From Styela clava (taxonomy: Eukaryota), in the NCBI RefSeq assembly GCF_964204865.1, contig NC_135252.1:16988001-17052000 (forward strand): a stretch of 64,000 nt of DNA, written 5' to 3'. Below, piece by piece: positions 23,701 to 37,610 of the stretch (positions are counted from its first letter, which is position 1; every line of letters starts with the position of its first letter). A program made the translations under genes and the position numbers. The notes under the pieces are model-generated. The model did not search any database and had not been told where the DNA came from. It worked only from the letters and a program-made list of their open reading frames with translations.

Positions 23701-26700
23701 AAGGGTTGAAAACCATTTCTCTACATGTGAAACGTATGTTTCAGTATACAAACAGCATAATGATTACCATAGCTGAATATTTCGAACATTGCAGCCGGAA
23801 AATATATGCAATTGCATACTAATCCCATAGTTAGTAACTACAGTTGTCGCCTCTTCATATAAATATCCCTGGTAGACAAACCATGCTGGTACGCCCTATA
23901 GACATCCCATGTGTATAAGGTGTGACAAATTGTGTATATTATTTGCGAACATAAAGATTATTAGCATTCTGAAGAATAGAAATTTTTTAAGTCGTGACCT
24001 CTACAGAGACTTGATAGTGAGTAACCGATTAAAAAGACATCAAGGAAAATGGAACATAGGAGAACAAGGAATGTCAGAGTCAATACCCAAGCAGTTCCAA
24101 CACGAGACATCTATGGTTTCGGAATCGAAACGAGTCAATCAGTCGTGAAAAGTAGTCAAGGTTTGTAGCAAATTTTTCAATGCATTTCATCATATTTATT
24201 TCTTTTCCTGTAACCGATTTTCCCCTGAAATATAAAGAAGTTAAGAGAAAGTACAAGTTAAAAGTTTTTATAAATGTTATCTATCTGTATGTTTCACTAT
24301 ACTTTGAGTACTGAATCGGTGATTTAAAAAAATAGAGTGAAAATATTCCGCAACATAATAATAATATTGAAGCACTTTCTAATCTAGCCCTAAATTAATT
24401 GTTGAGCATAGGCAAGGGTGCAGTACAAAAAGCGGGTTAGGGATTCTACTATGTAAAGACGTAAATATTTTTCCATATAAGTAATAACTAAAGACCTCAA
24501 CCCCAACTTAACCGAAGGTTCAACTACATTTCAAGTACAGTGATGACTTTTGATGATGCATTGTTAATGGTTATTAATATGAAGAATTGCCATTACTATC
24601 AGTAGTTTTTGTATTGGTTATTCATTCACCCGTTTCGTCCGCATGCAACCGGTGGCGCGTTTTCATTGTCAATCATAGATTAATAAACGCGATTCAAATT
24701 CTCTTTTTACTCGATTGTGCAGATTGCTCTTCCCACTTTTTTGATTAGGGTACTGAGGATTTTAACCTCGTTGTTAGGGTTAAGTCAGGTTCAACCTAGA
24801 TTACACTCTAATTGGTCTCTTTCCTAGCAGTTCCTGAGACCTCATAAAAACAGTCGCAGTGATAGAAAGACAACTTTTTATCAAGGTTGTTCAAGAGTAA
24901 CAACAAAACTCTGTTTCAATCATGTTAGTGCATCTATACAATAACGTTCCTTGAAGCACATTCGACACTCAAAAGTATTTTCATTTCTATACATAGTTTG
25001 TTTGTAGCATCGCTATGTCTCTAATAAGCTTAGCAAACATCAATACATCGGACAAGACTCATTGGAGTTTACTGAAATACCACTCAGAATTAATGACAAT
25101 TTTAATGGCGACTCGTTCGTTGTTTGAGTGATCAATTGCTTCCACTGTTGTTCCCTCCGCCCCCATCCCGAGTAGTCTCAATATTTCATATCGATATGCA
25201 ATGTGATCTCCGAGTATCTTGTTGAATTGAATGAACATTCATTCGAAAATGGATTCAGTCTCGTATGACGATTCAAAAAATTGTTTAAAGCTATCTTTAA
25301 GGAAAATTATATATGTTTATTTTGATTACCAGGTAATTTTTTAACTTTTCCTGCTTATCACAGACTGAATTTATAAGATACTAAACGAAGAAACTAATAT
25401 GAAATGAAAATCATTTGTATTCAGTATTTCTTACCACTTTATAATGTTTATTCTCATTGCCGTTGTTAGAATAATCAAATCCATAGTTGTCGAAGGAGTT
25501 TTGATGGGGTCGTGTTTTGTTTGCTTCTAGACCGAGATACCAAATTGTTGAATAATTTCGAATTTCTCGTTGTTCCCAATCATTCAATTTTTCTCCGAAA
25601 ATCTGGATGGCATCTGTGTATGACAAAAAGAGATAAAATATGACGAAAAAAAATTCAAAAACAATGTACTTCAGTGTAGTATAAAAAGTGACATTTAGGA
25701 ATCTTGGGAAACAGACATGCTTAATTTATTGAGGACGCCTCATCTAACTTCTACTAATGCAATAACTGACGTCGTAAAATTTTCGATCCCGATTATGCCG
25801 AAAATGAAGTTTTATTTTGATGATAATCTTTGCGTTCACAACATTTTTATATCTGCTCGATTTCGATTTTCATTTGTTTAAAATTGCCTACCTCCGTTTT
25901 TGATTCCCAGTACCTCATTCGGAATTGGAAATAATCAAACTCGCCTCAAACTTTTAAACTCGCCTCAGTCTATTCAATCAAGTCAAGGTTGTTGAATTAA
26001 TTTTGATAATACACTGGAAACAAAGACTCGTCGCAGCAACAATTTATGTCTATTTCACTTTTTATCAAAAACAAATGACTGCAATGGAAGCCTTATTATT
26101 AGACAACGAATGAATCAAAACACCTATTCTGGTTACAATTGCAATACAGTACTATCTTCAGTATAATAAGAATATTAGTATATATTTAAATTGATATCTT
26201 CAATAAATCACATTATTTATGAATTTTGTCGTCTCCCTCATTCGTGAGGTCTTGAAAAATATACGATAAAATAAAAAATAAAATTTACCTTCGGGAGTTA
26301 ATGGAAATATTAGAGTAATTTCATCATTTTTGAAGGTGACGGATTTTTGCTTTTGATATTCTAGTTCATGATTGTCATCTTGCAATGTTATTTTGTAAAA
26401 TTGCTGAGATTCCGTGTTGTTTTCAATTTCCATTCTCTGATCATGAGTTTTTGCATTATCGCCGCTAAAGCTTGTTGCTGGTAACGTTTCCATTCCAACC
26501 TCGATCGTCGGTTGTATATTCTCGCTAATTAGTATCTGATCTAATTCTTGATCTTTTATCCTGAAGTCTGTTAGCAATATAAAATAATGATCCTCAAAAG
26601 TCACTGATCGCAAAAAGAGATTTGAAGTTTTGGCAAAATTTGCTCTTTCGTTAGTGAGCAAACGCGTGTCATTCCTATTTCACAATTATTCACAAAATAT

Positions 26701-27808
26701 TTTCCTGCGCGTTTAAACACAATTGTAAGATTTGTATGCTTTTCTGACATCCCTAATTATTCTTTTATCTTTATTTGTATCGTTTTTTGCTAATTCTGGA
26801 GTCGAAGTAAAATACATAACAGGGAAAACTGTGGTATGCCGATTGACCTCGTAGAAATTCAAAACTATAAAGTATAAACTCAAACCCGATTCAAACACGG
26901 AAACGTTTGCTTGAAGCTTTCAAAAAAACTGAACGTAAATTGCTAAAAATCATTGCTTAATAACAAACAGTGTCTTAAACAAGGTACAATAGACAAATTT
27001 GGCAGAGTCATATTATGGGTGTCGCTGCTGGATAACATTGGTTCCCCGCGACTTCCCCTCCCCAGTGAGACTGTGCAGCTATCATTTTCTCGTAATTCGT
27101 GCTCAAGCGATTTTTTTCACTGGTTGGAAAAATAAAATTGACTTGCACATTTCTATTAAACAAAATTAGCAAACGGGCATAGGGCAACAGAACTATAAAA
27201 GCTGAGATTACCTCAAGAAGCGAATTGAAAAGCTTAAAACAACGATTAAAGTATGCAGTATCACTATTTTGATCATGAATCAAATCACCTTCTACTTTTT
27301 TGACTTTTGCAGAGCTATAATTTTCGTTCTGGAGTGAGGTGGCAAAACTAGGCGTGTTCTCGCTCTGGTATAAACTGATAGTGGAACGGGCTTCTCGTAA
27401 GACCGGCAATTCAAAATACCCGGTTCCAGCTTTTTCGGACTTCAATTGCAAACTTTTGGTACCGGTATATTTGTTCACGATTGCTTTATTTCCACCCACG
27501 ACATTATAACCAGCAACAAACGTTTTGAATTTTACCGCCAGGCTGTTTGTTTCGTCGTCCGACATTACTTCGTTAAACAAGCCAAACGAAACCTTATTTG
27601 TCAATCCACTGCTGAGTTGCCTTTCACTACCATCGTTATCTCTTAGTAGATTAAACAAGACATCATTGTCGTTGTATTCGACTGACAATTCTCGAAGTTT
27701 TGAATTCTTGTTTTGCAGTTTGTTATAAACTGAACGGTAGCAGGTTATAACAGAAGCACACATAAAAATTGTGCAGAATAATTTGAATCTTCTTCGTAAA
27801 CGAACCAT
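20712..27808 (-). CDS. Signal-anchored class II DYRK-like protein kinase, paralog 3 (DFA variant); stem exons not fully resolved
   Basis: First exon from 27808 (MVRLRRRFKLFCTIFMCASVITCY + stem; likely donor near 27212). The splice path across about 26570-27210 is uncertain. Then ~26567-26289 (..FPLTPE), 25613-25435 (DAIQIFGEKLNDWEQREIRNYSTIWYLGLEANKT..), 25217-25081 (DHIAYRYEILRLLGMGAEG..VAIK), 24224-24087 (FRNHRCLVLELLG), 23447-23315 (HMDLKP), 22807-~22711 (DNIL..VVDFAISCIP), 22154-21912 (LKCPDHHLQPYYYRSPE), 21134-21017 (DPLLFDLISKCLE), 20772-20712 (WDPALRITAVEALQHPYFH*). Confidence 0.82.
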
Positions 27809-29077
27809 AGCAGGTAAAGCAATACAATTTGTTCATAGATCTTACTTCCGATTAATTAGCATGATTAACTGATTAATTTGTAATGACGACTTTAGACAGA
27901 ATCGATATTAATGTGTATTTTAAGATTTCGAGTGTTTCAAGTGCTTTGATGAAAGAATGAGACTCTCATATTCGTCTGTAATGTTTACATCATCAGGGTA
28001 CTTCACTGTTATTGTCTGGCACAATTATCTTTAAAGTATCAAGTGTTCCAACTCGAAGCATTTCCAAATGTTATTGAACTATGACATAATAATGAAGTAT
28101 ATTGCGTAATATCATACTGTTTTTTATACATTTCTGGCCCGCTCTTTTTTCTGCAAATGTCAAGTTACCAATAATTTTATAAAGTTAGCATTAGCGTAGT
28201 ATTTGAATACTTTAAACCCAAAAACGGATGCATACAAAGGTACCGAGTATATTCTACATACCACTCTGGTACAAAATGTATCACATACTTAAATTTTCAT
28301 TCCATATGCATTAGGTATACTTTTCATACGTATACATTTAGGTATATATTCTGATTCTGTTGACTCCAATTTTCCTGTACTTGAAGATGGAAGAGATCGC
28401 CTGTACTTACAAGGCCGATGTTTAATCTAAAATTTCGCTGTTTTATTTTTATTTTTTTGACAACATTTATTCGTGACATCGTGATTTAACCTCGTAGGTT
28501 AGAGAAATGATTAAATTGAATTCGATTTAGCTGTAATTTTATATTTATATTCATTGTGGTTATTTACATTTGTGTTTTTTAATTTATTTGTGTTTGTTTA
28601 TTTGATATTGACCACGAGGGTGGGGAGTATGAAACAAAATGATTTTAAATAAATTTTGGGTAGAAACAGATATATCAGACTCATCGTATCCGGATCAAGA
28701 ATAAGTACCTGTGGTCACTGTGAAAATGGTGTGAAGTGTAGTCTGAAATATATCATTGAGAAAGAGAAAAGGAATGCGAGAGTGTCGAAAAGATGTTACA
28801 GGTTTTAAACAGTTGAAAAGTTTGCTACTAAAATCAATAATACAATAGATTTCATTTTGGGAAAAAAATATTTTAGTATAGTCAGATAATAGTTGGAGTA
28901 AACATAAGTAAAATAAACAAAAAAATACGAAAAAAAAAATTAGAAACGAATGATTAGATTGTACTATTAATTTTGATCACAAGAAATAGCATGAGCGTTT
29001 TTATGTTTTGTTTTTTGCAGATTGTTTTAATACAAAACAGTAAAGCTAGACATGTTTACTTAATTGTTGTTTTAGAC

Positions 29078-30362
29078 CAGTGGTTCCCAACCGCCGGTCC
29101 GCGGACCGGTGCCGGTCCGCGAAGCTTTTTTGCCGGTCCGCAAGAAGTTTTGTTGTTTTGTTGTTTTTATGCCGTTTCAATCGCTTTACCGTAGGCAAAG
29201 TTGCGTTGGCTCATTACGCAGTTCTCTTCTGCCGTCATATTACGACGTCTTTCGCGACATGTTGGCGCCGTATTACGCGACATCTTGGCGCCGATCACTC
29301 ACACTTTTCGCTTTTCCAGCTCCGATTCATCGCGAATGCGCTCCATCAAATCTCGCAAAATTAAGAAGCCTAAAAATCTGCACGCGTGCCTTTACTGTTC
29401 TGCGTGCTTTTCCTGATTAATATGACCATTCATATGAAACGTAATGGATATCTCCTTGTTTAAACTAGAAAACAGTCAAGAACAGTATAATAATCCAGTA
29501 AGATATGAACTTGTTGCGACCCCACAGGTGGTCACGCGATACACGCAAAAAAAAGCACGAGCCGCAGAGATCTTTTCCAGACACAGTAGGATTTTGAGCT
29601 TGTCGCCAAGTTATCGACGACTTTGTCATTGTAATGCAAATTCATTCCGTTTGAGGCGTCGATTAACTGCAGAGGGATTAATATTATGAACCCAATGAAA
29701 AAGAAAAGGCTTGATTAAAATTGTGATTCTTCTTTACAGTTCAGATTGAAAAAGAATTACTTATCACAATTTTAGATATCTCTTGATAACGAATACCCAT
29801 CGCCAAGTAATCGAGCAATCAAACTGTGGTCCGTCTTTTCAGCCAGTTACTGCGTTATGCGAAAAAACATTCTCATCACTCGATTCAATTAAAACCTCAC
29901 TTTGATTAAAACGAGGCAAGGAAATCGGCTGCACGCGGCTGCAGAGCTATGTGTTGCAAAAACTTCTTTGCCTCGTTCGCAATCTTGTATTGGAAACGAA
30001 ACAGCAGCAAAATTTTCACAGAAGTTAATTGTGCATTATTTTAATGTGAGAATTTAATGCGTGCCTTTCTCACGCATAATGGGTGCCCAGCACTGCATTT
30101 CATTACGCAAATATATGGTATTATTTTATGTTTCACTCATTTTTAATTTTTGGTCGACACATTATTTGATAGTTATTCTTCGTGTGAAATGTTTTAAAGT
30201 GTGCTTTTTTGTCTAGAAGCATATTGAGTGCCCGACATTGCATTATAAGACGCAAATATATGTTATTCTTTTCTGTTACGGCCATTTCAATTTTTGCCGG
30301 TCCGCGAGTACATTTAATCTAATTTTACCGGTCCGCCAGGGTAGAAAGGTTGGGAACCGCTG
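29078..30362 (+). mobile_element. Non-autonomous hAT (Charlie-like) DNA transposon with decayed transposase C-terminus
   Basis: TIRs CAGTGGTTCCCAACC / GGTTGGGAACCGCTG; perfect 8-bp target site duplication TTTTAGAC (29070-29077, 30363-30370); ccggtccgc subterminal repeats. Frameshifted remnant EYPSPSNRAIKLWSVFSASY..LCEKTFSSL at about 29790-29895 resembles the hAT dimerisation domain. Confidence 0.88.
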
Positions 30363-30844
30363 TTTTAGACTAACCTTGAATTAGTAGTAGTTCAGCAAAT
30401 GTGGAATATAACTATAAATTTTAGTGTTGTTAAACCCCTTTGTATTAATAGCATGTTGAATTGTATGAAAATAGGGTATTTTAGCAATTTCCCCGATGGG
30501 GACCGATCTGTGACGTGTTTCCGGTCTCCATTCGAGAGTTGAGAATATAATGTTTTTCATGTTTTGTGCATTCTTACTGGTTTGGATTTCAACCGTATAA
30601 CTGGCATTAAGGTTTAAGGTATATTTCAATATATCTGTTTGAATTCAATTCGATCGTGCAACTTTACAATTGACATTACAATATATTGTGTGCTTATTGA
30701 CCTTTAAGGAGTTGAGATTGGGGTTTACTCCGCTGACGTACGTCTATCAATAGTACAGGAGTAATAGTTGTTTAGGATATACGAGACTTGACTTCACGAA
30801 TATTTCATTATTTGGAATATAAAATCATTTATCCTAGCAATAAA

Positions 30845-33800
30845 ATGATTTGCTCTCGGGCGAAGATTAAAGTTCGGTTCGCAGTACTCGGTTTCTCATT
30901 AACTGTATTCATTTTCCTGGCTTCGGAAAAATGTGGAACTTTACGTGATAAAGTAACCCGGGATTCATTTATGAAAGAGGTCGATATTCTTGAACGTTTA
31001 TTCCCGTTTTTGCGTCCTCATCTTTCCAATCCAGATCATAAAAGGAGTGATCTTCCGATTACAAACTCAATCAACGTACCACGATCGTTGGGAGACAGGG
31101 AAAATATTTTCTCGCCAATCTTTGTTTCAAAAACCGCGGTCAAAAAAGAAGAAGACAATAATTGCGATATTGATAGAAAAAGAAGTAATATAGAAAGTCA
31201 TGTGTGGGATCCAAGCGTTGGAAGCAGTGGAATAAGCCGTACGAGGCCACAAAATGTAAACGATCAAGATTGTTCAAGTGGAACAGGGTAAGAAGTGGAT
31301 TAATTTATTCACGCATCACGGGGAAAAATAAGTATTTGTGCAAATGCTGCATGTTGTATTACTTCGACTGAGAGATAGATGATGAAGTTTGAGCTACGCA
31401 TTTAAGTCCAAGATATGTTTTTTTAATCCCAAATAAGATCAGATTAATTAACATTTTCATGTATAGTCGGCTTACAGGTTTACTGTAATAAAAGTGTTGA
31501 ACCTTTCTGTTTGCTTCGTTTTTAAATAAACATTTCGTTTCGGATTGAAAATATCTCTATGCTCCAACCTGTTTTTCAGGAACCAGCAGAAAGATTTCAA
31601 CAGATTTGAAACAAATTTTGATTCTGTGGATCCTTGTAATTCTACTACTATAAAAGACAACTTAAGTGCCGATTTATATTATTTTAAAGCAAACCTTACA
31701 AATGAATCGGACTTCAATGATGACGTGGTTGTCAACGTTTCCGATTTACAGAAATTCAATGAAACCATTCCACAGTCAAGACACTATATTTTCCAAAATG
31801 ATACTCAAGTATTTCATAAATCGGTTGCTAAAATCAACAAACTTAGTGTTTGGAGAAATAACTCGGATGTCACGTATGAATTTCCAATGTCGCCAGAAGG
31901 TAGGTCACACGAAAAAGGATAGATATTTCAAATTCTCAATTCGTTCGTTATCATTGTAAAAACAAGAGAGAAATGCTGAAATATATGTAAATGGAGATCC
32001 ATTTACTAAGAAAAACAACGCATTAGCCTAAATGGGCTACACAAAAATCTGTTATCTGATCATTCAGAGATTTTAAATCAAAATTACAAATCAATCCCAT
32101 ATCAGCGTAGCAACTCACACCAGTGCCAGTTAAAGTTACGAATTAGCTGAACACCTGGCTTGCCTAAAAGATGACGCGCTTGCATACAGGCGTGGTGACG
32201 CAAAATTGGCAAGAATAGCAAAAATTTGAGCGAAAGACCATGATCCACAAAATGTTGCAAAAATCTGACAAAAAAATTGAAACACAGCCCATTGGAGACT
32301 TCTTCCATATTAAGTACTTATCTCAAGAAAATTTGAAAACAAATGGTCTTTTACGAAAAAAGATTTTTCACTACAACAATAACCCAAAGTGCAAAAATCC
32401 GAGACATATATATTTAGAGTCAAAAAAATCATCTTCTTTATTTCAAGCAAGGAAATTCTGAATATTTGAACATAAATTAAATAACATCAAATAAAAATAG
32501 CATTGTGTAATTTCTTTGTAAATATAACCCAAACTACTAGTACCCTCTATGCGTATGTTTGGATAACATTGTTTTAATTCAGTGACAAGACCCAACGCAG
32601 CATAGTCAGATGCCTGTCTATGTTTTATGTATTTTTCAAACATTCCTCCCATTCCCTTCTATCAAAGATGCGGTGAATATATTCGGGGATGCTTTAACAA
32701 AATGGGAAAAACAGGAAATTTTTAATTACTCAAACATCTGGTGCCTTGGGCTGAGTGCAAATAAGAGTCAACATCAAGAAAACAAAACCATTAATTTTGG
32801 ATTTGATTTTAAACAGAAGAATAGAGACGGATATTATAAATCGGTATGGTATAGTTTTGTTTGATGCTTAACACAGTGGTTCCCAACCGTTTGCGTTGAA
32901 TTCCTACCTTGGTCAATTTTGAAACTTTTAACTCCTTCCTCGCTATTAATAAAAATTACTTTATTTGTTCATTTTGTGCAAGTCGCACTCCTGCTTTTGT
33001 ACAGTTGAAATAATTTATAATGAGGACATCAATAAGTATCACAGCACCGTAACAATAAAGTATATAAGTAATATATCTACAGCAAAGCGTTTAAACTAAT
33101 TTGTGTCAATCTTTTTCACAGATAATTCATGATCATCTAGCATACCGTTACGAAATATTAGAGGAACTTGGAAGTGGCGCATGTGGATCTACAGTAAAAG
33201 CGTTGGATCACTCAAACGGTTGCTTGGTTGCCGTGAAAATATTAAGAAACTACGCGTGGTATGGTAGTGCATAATTCACTTTTTTTTAAACCTTAAACGA
33301 ATAAAATACTGGGTAATATAAATATCGCACGACAGCTTATTATATGGCGTTTCAACGAGCACAAAACATGAAAAAGTTTCTCACCTATTTGAATAAAGTG
33401 AAATTCAATTCAAATATGGAGTGCATCGCTCCTACCCCAGGTGTGGTCGTTAAGACTCGCTTCTGAAAAACTGAGTTCAATGCGTTCTTAGTTTTGAAAA
33501 TGTAACCGTCATCCATCACAACACTTTTAATATAGCTTACGCTAACGATTTGTATTTTATAGAAATAATCTTATTTTTTCTGCAAATACTTAGAAATCTG
33601 AAAGGCGCATGGAAGTATAAATAAATATTAAAAAGCTCTGCTGCAATAGTTGTTTTGATTGTTTTCAGACTCCAGCTTTAGCATAGCTTTAGGCTTAGAT
33701 TCGGCAGATACGTTCAGCCACTATATTAAGGCCCGCTCTTAGCTCAGGACAAGTTTTATTTCCTGCGTATTATTCCTATTGCAGGGGCGAGAAATTCTTT

Positions 33801-35978
33801 TTACGAGAAGTTGGAATCATGAATATATTAGAATCACGTACGATCAATAACAAATATTTTGTACAAAAGATTGATTGTTTTACCTTCCGAAACCATCGAT
33901 GCCTTGTCTTGGAGTTGCTCGGGTATTTTTAAAACAATTTTTACATAAAAAATTTACAAAAAATTTATGCTTAGAAAATCTTCATTTTGCTAGAGAACAG
34001 AACTTTCTTGTCCTATGTAAAATGAGTTCCAATTTATTTATAAATTTCATTATAGAGAACGTTGTCCATCTACAACACGACCACATATCTTCAAAATCTT
34101 CTATTCTTAATAACACTATTTGGCGCTCCCGTAGTATGTGAATCAAGATGGTGGACATCGAAACGTAGTATGTGTACCAGATTAGGATTAGGCCATAATT
34201 TTATTCCAACTTTCCCTATTTTAGTTCTATTAAGAGTTCGGGTACAAGTGACTCCCGTAGTATTTGTACCTGGAATTATGGCCTAAATACTACACGAGTA
34301 CCCATTTTTTTTATTAATTTCATGTTATAGACCATCACTAGTCAGTGACCAGTTTCTGGGACACCCCATTCAAGATTCATGTTTGATGCGTCAACTTACA
34401 AACGATATTATGCACGCGATGTATTACCTGAAGGAATCCAATATTGTGCACGCTGATTTAAAGCCGGTATTTATTTACGAATTCTCTTATACTGTTTCTT
34501 CTTGCGCCTGTTTCTCTTATTTTTGGACACGTAGTGGACCTATGGATCGTTTTGTTATTATGTTCTCGTCCGTGTTCTCGGTATTCTTCTTCGTATCTTC
34601 ATGGAAAAATTGCTTTTCTCTTTAACTACACGACCAATTGCTTTGAAATTTTCAGTGGTTGAAAAGTGATGTTTCCGTTAGAAGGCTATTACTTATATTT
34701 ATTCCTAAATTTTTCTATGAATCCTATGAGATCTGATATTTCATCCAAAATATAGTAATAATTTTTACTCATGAGAAAACGGTTTTAAACTTATTTCAAG
34801 CGGTTTCGCGTACGAATATCAGGCCTACAGCTACAGGTATGGTCTGGTAAGTTACTGTACCATATGTGATTTTTGTGGAATTGATAACATATTTTGTTTT
34901 GCTACGTGTCCATATATTTGAACATTACTCTCTTGTTTCTTTCAGTTAACTTCCTTTTTTATTGATCGTTTATTTGCTTTGAAACGAATTTCACAGCACA
35001 ACATCATGTTAATTTATGGAAAGGGAATAAACCAAACCGAAGGTCAGCTTTTAAAAGTTGCCGATTTTGGACTCAGCTGTATTCCTGGCGCAGAGACGAG
35101 CTCACGTAAGAATTTTTAAGGACCTCAATATACCGTTAAAGTTAAATCGTGCCATATGAAACTTGGGTATTCATCATGTTGCCAAAATATATGATTAGTA
35201 GAAGCTTCCCCGCCTTAATTTCAACAAGATTACATAAACAATCTACTGACTTTGCAGATTATTTTTGTCCGAAGACAGTTCAAACTCTGGAATATCGAGC
35301 ACCAGAAATTTTTCTCGACTTACCTATCACAAATCAAATTGACATGTTCAGCGTGGGTTTGATTTTGGCTCAACTGATTATTGGTGTTCCAGTTATGCAC
35401 GGTAAAAATAAAATTGATGAATTTGCATCCTTGATGGAAGTGCTTGGACCTCCACCATCTTATATGATCCCACCAGGAAAAGATATATATGCAAGTATAG
35501 ACATTTTTCCATTGAAGCGTGGTCAGATATCTAGATTTCTTGTCTATATCTAGATGTATTGACTTTATAGGTCTTCTTACAAGCTGCAATCATATGATTG
35601 GATGATTTTTTATAACTATTTTTATTTAAATCAGAAGCAATCAACTACACAACTGAAAGCGGGTTGAAGAGGAAACCTAACCGCACTCCACTGGCTCTTC
35701 TGCTTCTAGGTGTCGATGACGCTCTATTGTTTGACTTGATTGCAAGATGCCTAAAGTAAATTGAAATTACGTTTACTTATCATAATTTCATCAATTCTTC
35801 ACGTTTGTTTATATGAGTTGTTGCCCATGTACATTTCCTGTAATCACTTATAACTTTTTGTAGATGGGATCCACAGTTACGAATTACGTCCGAAGAAGCA
35901 TTACAACATCCGTATTTGAAAGAACATGTTCCGGTGGCTTATAATCAAGTTTTACCGCTCGACAATTTCTTGAGATGA
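30845..35978 (+). CDS. Signal-anchored class II DYRK-like protein kinase, paralog 4, about 643 aa
   Basis: Exons: 30845-31287 (MICSRAKIKVRFAVLGFSLTVFIFLAS + stem), 31580-31899 (..FPMSPE), 32668-32843 (DAVNIFGDALTKWEKQEIFNYSNIWCLGLSANKS..), 33122-33258 (DHLAYRYEILEELGSGACG..VAVK), 33785-33922 (LREV..FRNHRCLVLELLG), 34331-34466 (HADLKP), 34997-35105 (HNIM..NQTEGQLLKVADFGLSCIP), 35258-35494 (HYFCPKTVQTLEYRAPE), 35635-35755, 35864-35978 (WDPQLRITSEEALQHPYL..*). The summed length is 1932 nt and the frame is open throughout. Confidence 0.9.
34126..34300. mobile_element. MITE family A, partially deleted (intron of paralog 4)
   Basis: ctcccgtagtatgtgaatcaagatggtggacatcgaaacgtagtatgtgtaccag..ttttagttctatt.. 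matches the other family A copies. Confidence 0.68.
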
Positions 35979-36709
35979 AGATATTCGTTTGAGGAAATCA
36001 GTGAAAACCTCGTGTCCATTTATTTAACCCAATTGCTCTCTTGTTATAATTGTATTTCCTAATAGTATTTCCTCTAGGCTGCGCGTCCTGTAACACCATA
36101 CTAGTTCGTTTGATGAAAATGAGTGAAAATATAAGGCCAGACTCGAAACTCATGTGAAATACATGGATTGTAATATTTATGAAAATAAAGTACAGAAAGA
36201 AATGTCGGTCGAACATATATATATAAATTTTTGATTTGAAAAAATATATAATATAAGCTCTCTGGACTTCAACCATCCTTGAGTACCGCATTTCGTGTCC
36301 AATAATAATAACATTTTTGAGGGTGTTAAACTCAATATCAAAATTAAATAAAATGTTACATGGTATTAAATATTTGAGCGGGCCTTCTTGAATTCATATT
36401 CTGTCGAATAGTCTGAAAAACAAAGGATATATATTAGGTTGCCCAGAATGGCAGGCTAAACCACAAATTACTTATAACTCGCATAATTTTTCTTTTCAAA
36501 AATAGTGCCTATAATTTGTGTTCATTGATAAAAGGGTTGGGAAGTAGATTCGAGCTCTGATATATGCGCCAGCTTCCATAAATTTCCACGCCGTAGGATG
36601 AAATATTGTATTCACTTTCGAATCTTATCCGATCTTCAATGATAATCGTGTGTGTTTGATTTGTCTTGGACTTTAGTTATTGAACTGCTTTAAATACGTT
36701 TATACGCGC

Positions 36710-37045
36710 GGCGGTGTGGCTCAACGGGCTAAGCGTTAGGAATACGCTCGCCACCGCACCTTTAATTACTCTGCGTGGGTTCGCAGGTTCGAATCCCATA
36801 CAGGGATGGTTATGTGCGAGAGGATTGCTGGACTACTCGCCGTCGTTGGGTGGTTCACGTAATCGCTGGTCGGTTACGGCTTCTTCCACCACCAAGTCCA
36901 TGCTTCCGAAAACAAACAATATAACTAATCCCATACCCGACTTGGAATGGTAACCGGACGAGAGGCGTGGTTCGCCATATGGATAGGCCGTCTTATCGGC
37001 TTTCCTCTCCCCCGGGATAAATATGTAAATCCTATCCTATCCTAT
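36710..37045 (+). mobile_element. tRNA-derived SINE
   Basis: Pol III A box (TGGCTCAACGG) and B box (GGTTCGAATCC) in the 5' head; (CCTAT)n tail; possible gtttata TSD; second diverged copy at 63530-63860. Confidence 0.8.
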
Positions 37046-37386
37046 AGTTTATAACTTACCAAAAATGGGCAAACTACGCCCCGCGTATTTCATGCAAATC
37101 CGACCGGTTGGGTATAGTTCAATCTGGCCCACTTGATGCTGCCACAACCGCACTAAAACCAAATTCTCATGTTAAGCTTTGAAATAGCTGAAGGAATTTG
37201 TTGAGATTGCGGTTAAATTTAGTTTTGTCACCAAAAACCGTGCCAATACCTGGTTTATACCATTAACAATTTTATCATGCGTTTGCTCAAGTGGAAATTC
37301 TCTTGCAACTACAAGCGGCAGATTTACAGCAGCATATTTACTAATGTAACACGTGAACAAGCAAATCATTAAGGTACCTTAAGGAA

Positions 37387-37610
37387 TACTCCTGAAGTAT
37401 GTGTACCAAGATGGCGGATACCGGAACGTAGTATGTGCACCAGGTTAGACAATAATTTAGGTACTAATACTACGGGTCACTTGGCTAGTCCCCGAATTCG
37501 TAATAGAACTAAAAAGGGGAAAATTGGAATAAAATTATGGCCTAAACCTAACCTGGAACACATACTACGTTCCGGTGTCGGCCATCTTGGTACGCATACT
37601 TCAGGAGTAC
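37387..37610. mobile_element. Palindromic MITE family A
   Basis: TIRs tactcctgaagtatgtgtaccaagatggcgga / cggccatcttggtacgcatacttcaggagta. Confidence 0.8.

Noticed and set aside
28973-29689. Overlapping GC-rich ORFs
   Set aside because: They lie almost entirely in the subterminal region of the hAT element and are chance ORFs.
36710-36800. tRNA gene
   Set aside because: A and B boxes are present but there is no convincing cloverleaf; the sequence continues into a 335-bp body with a (CCTAT)n tail and has a second copy, so it is a SINE.
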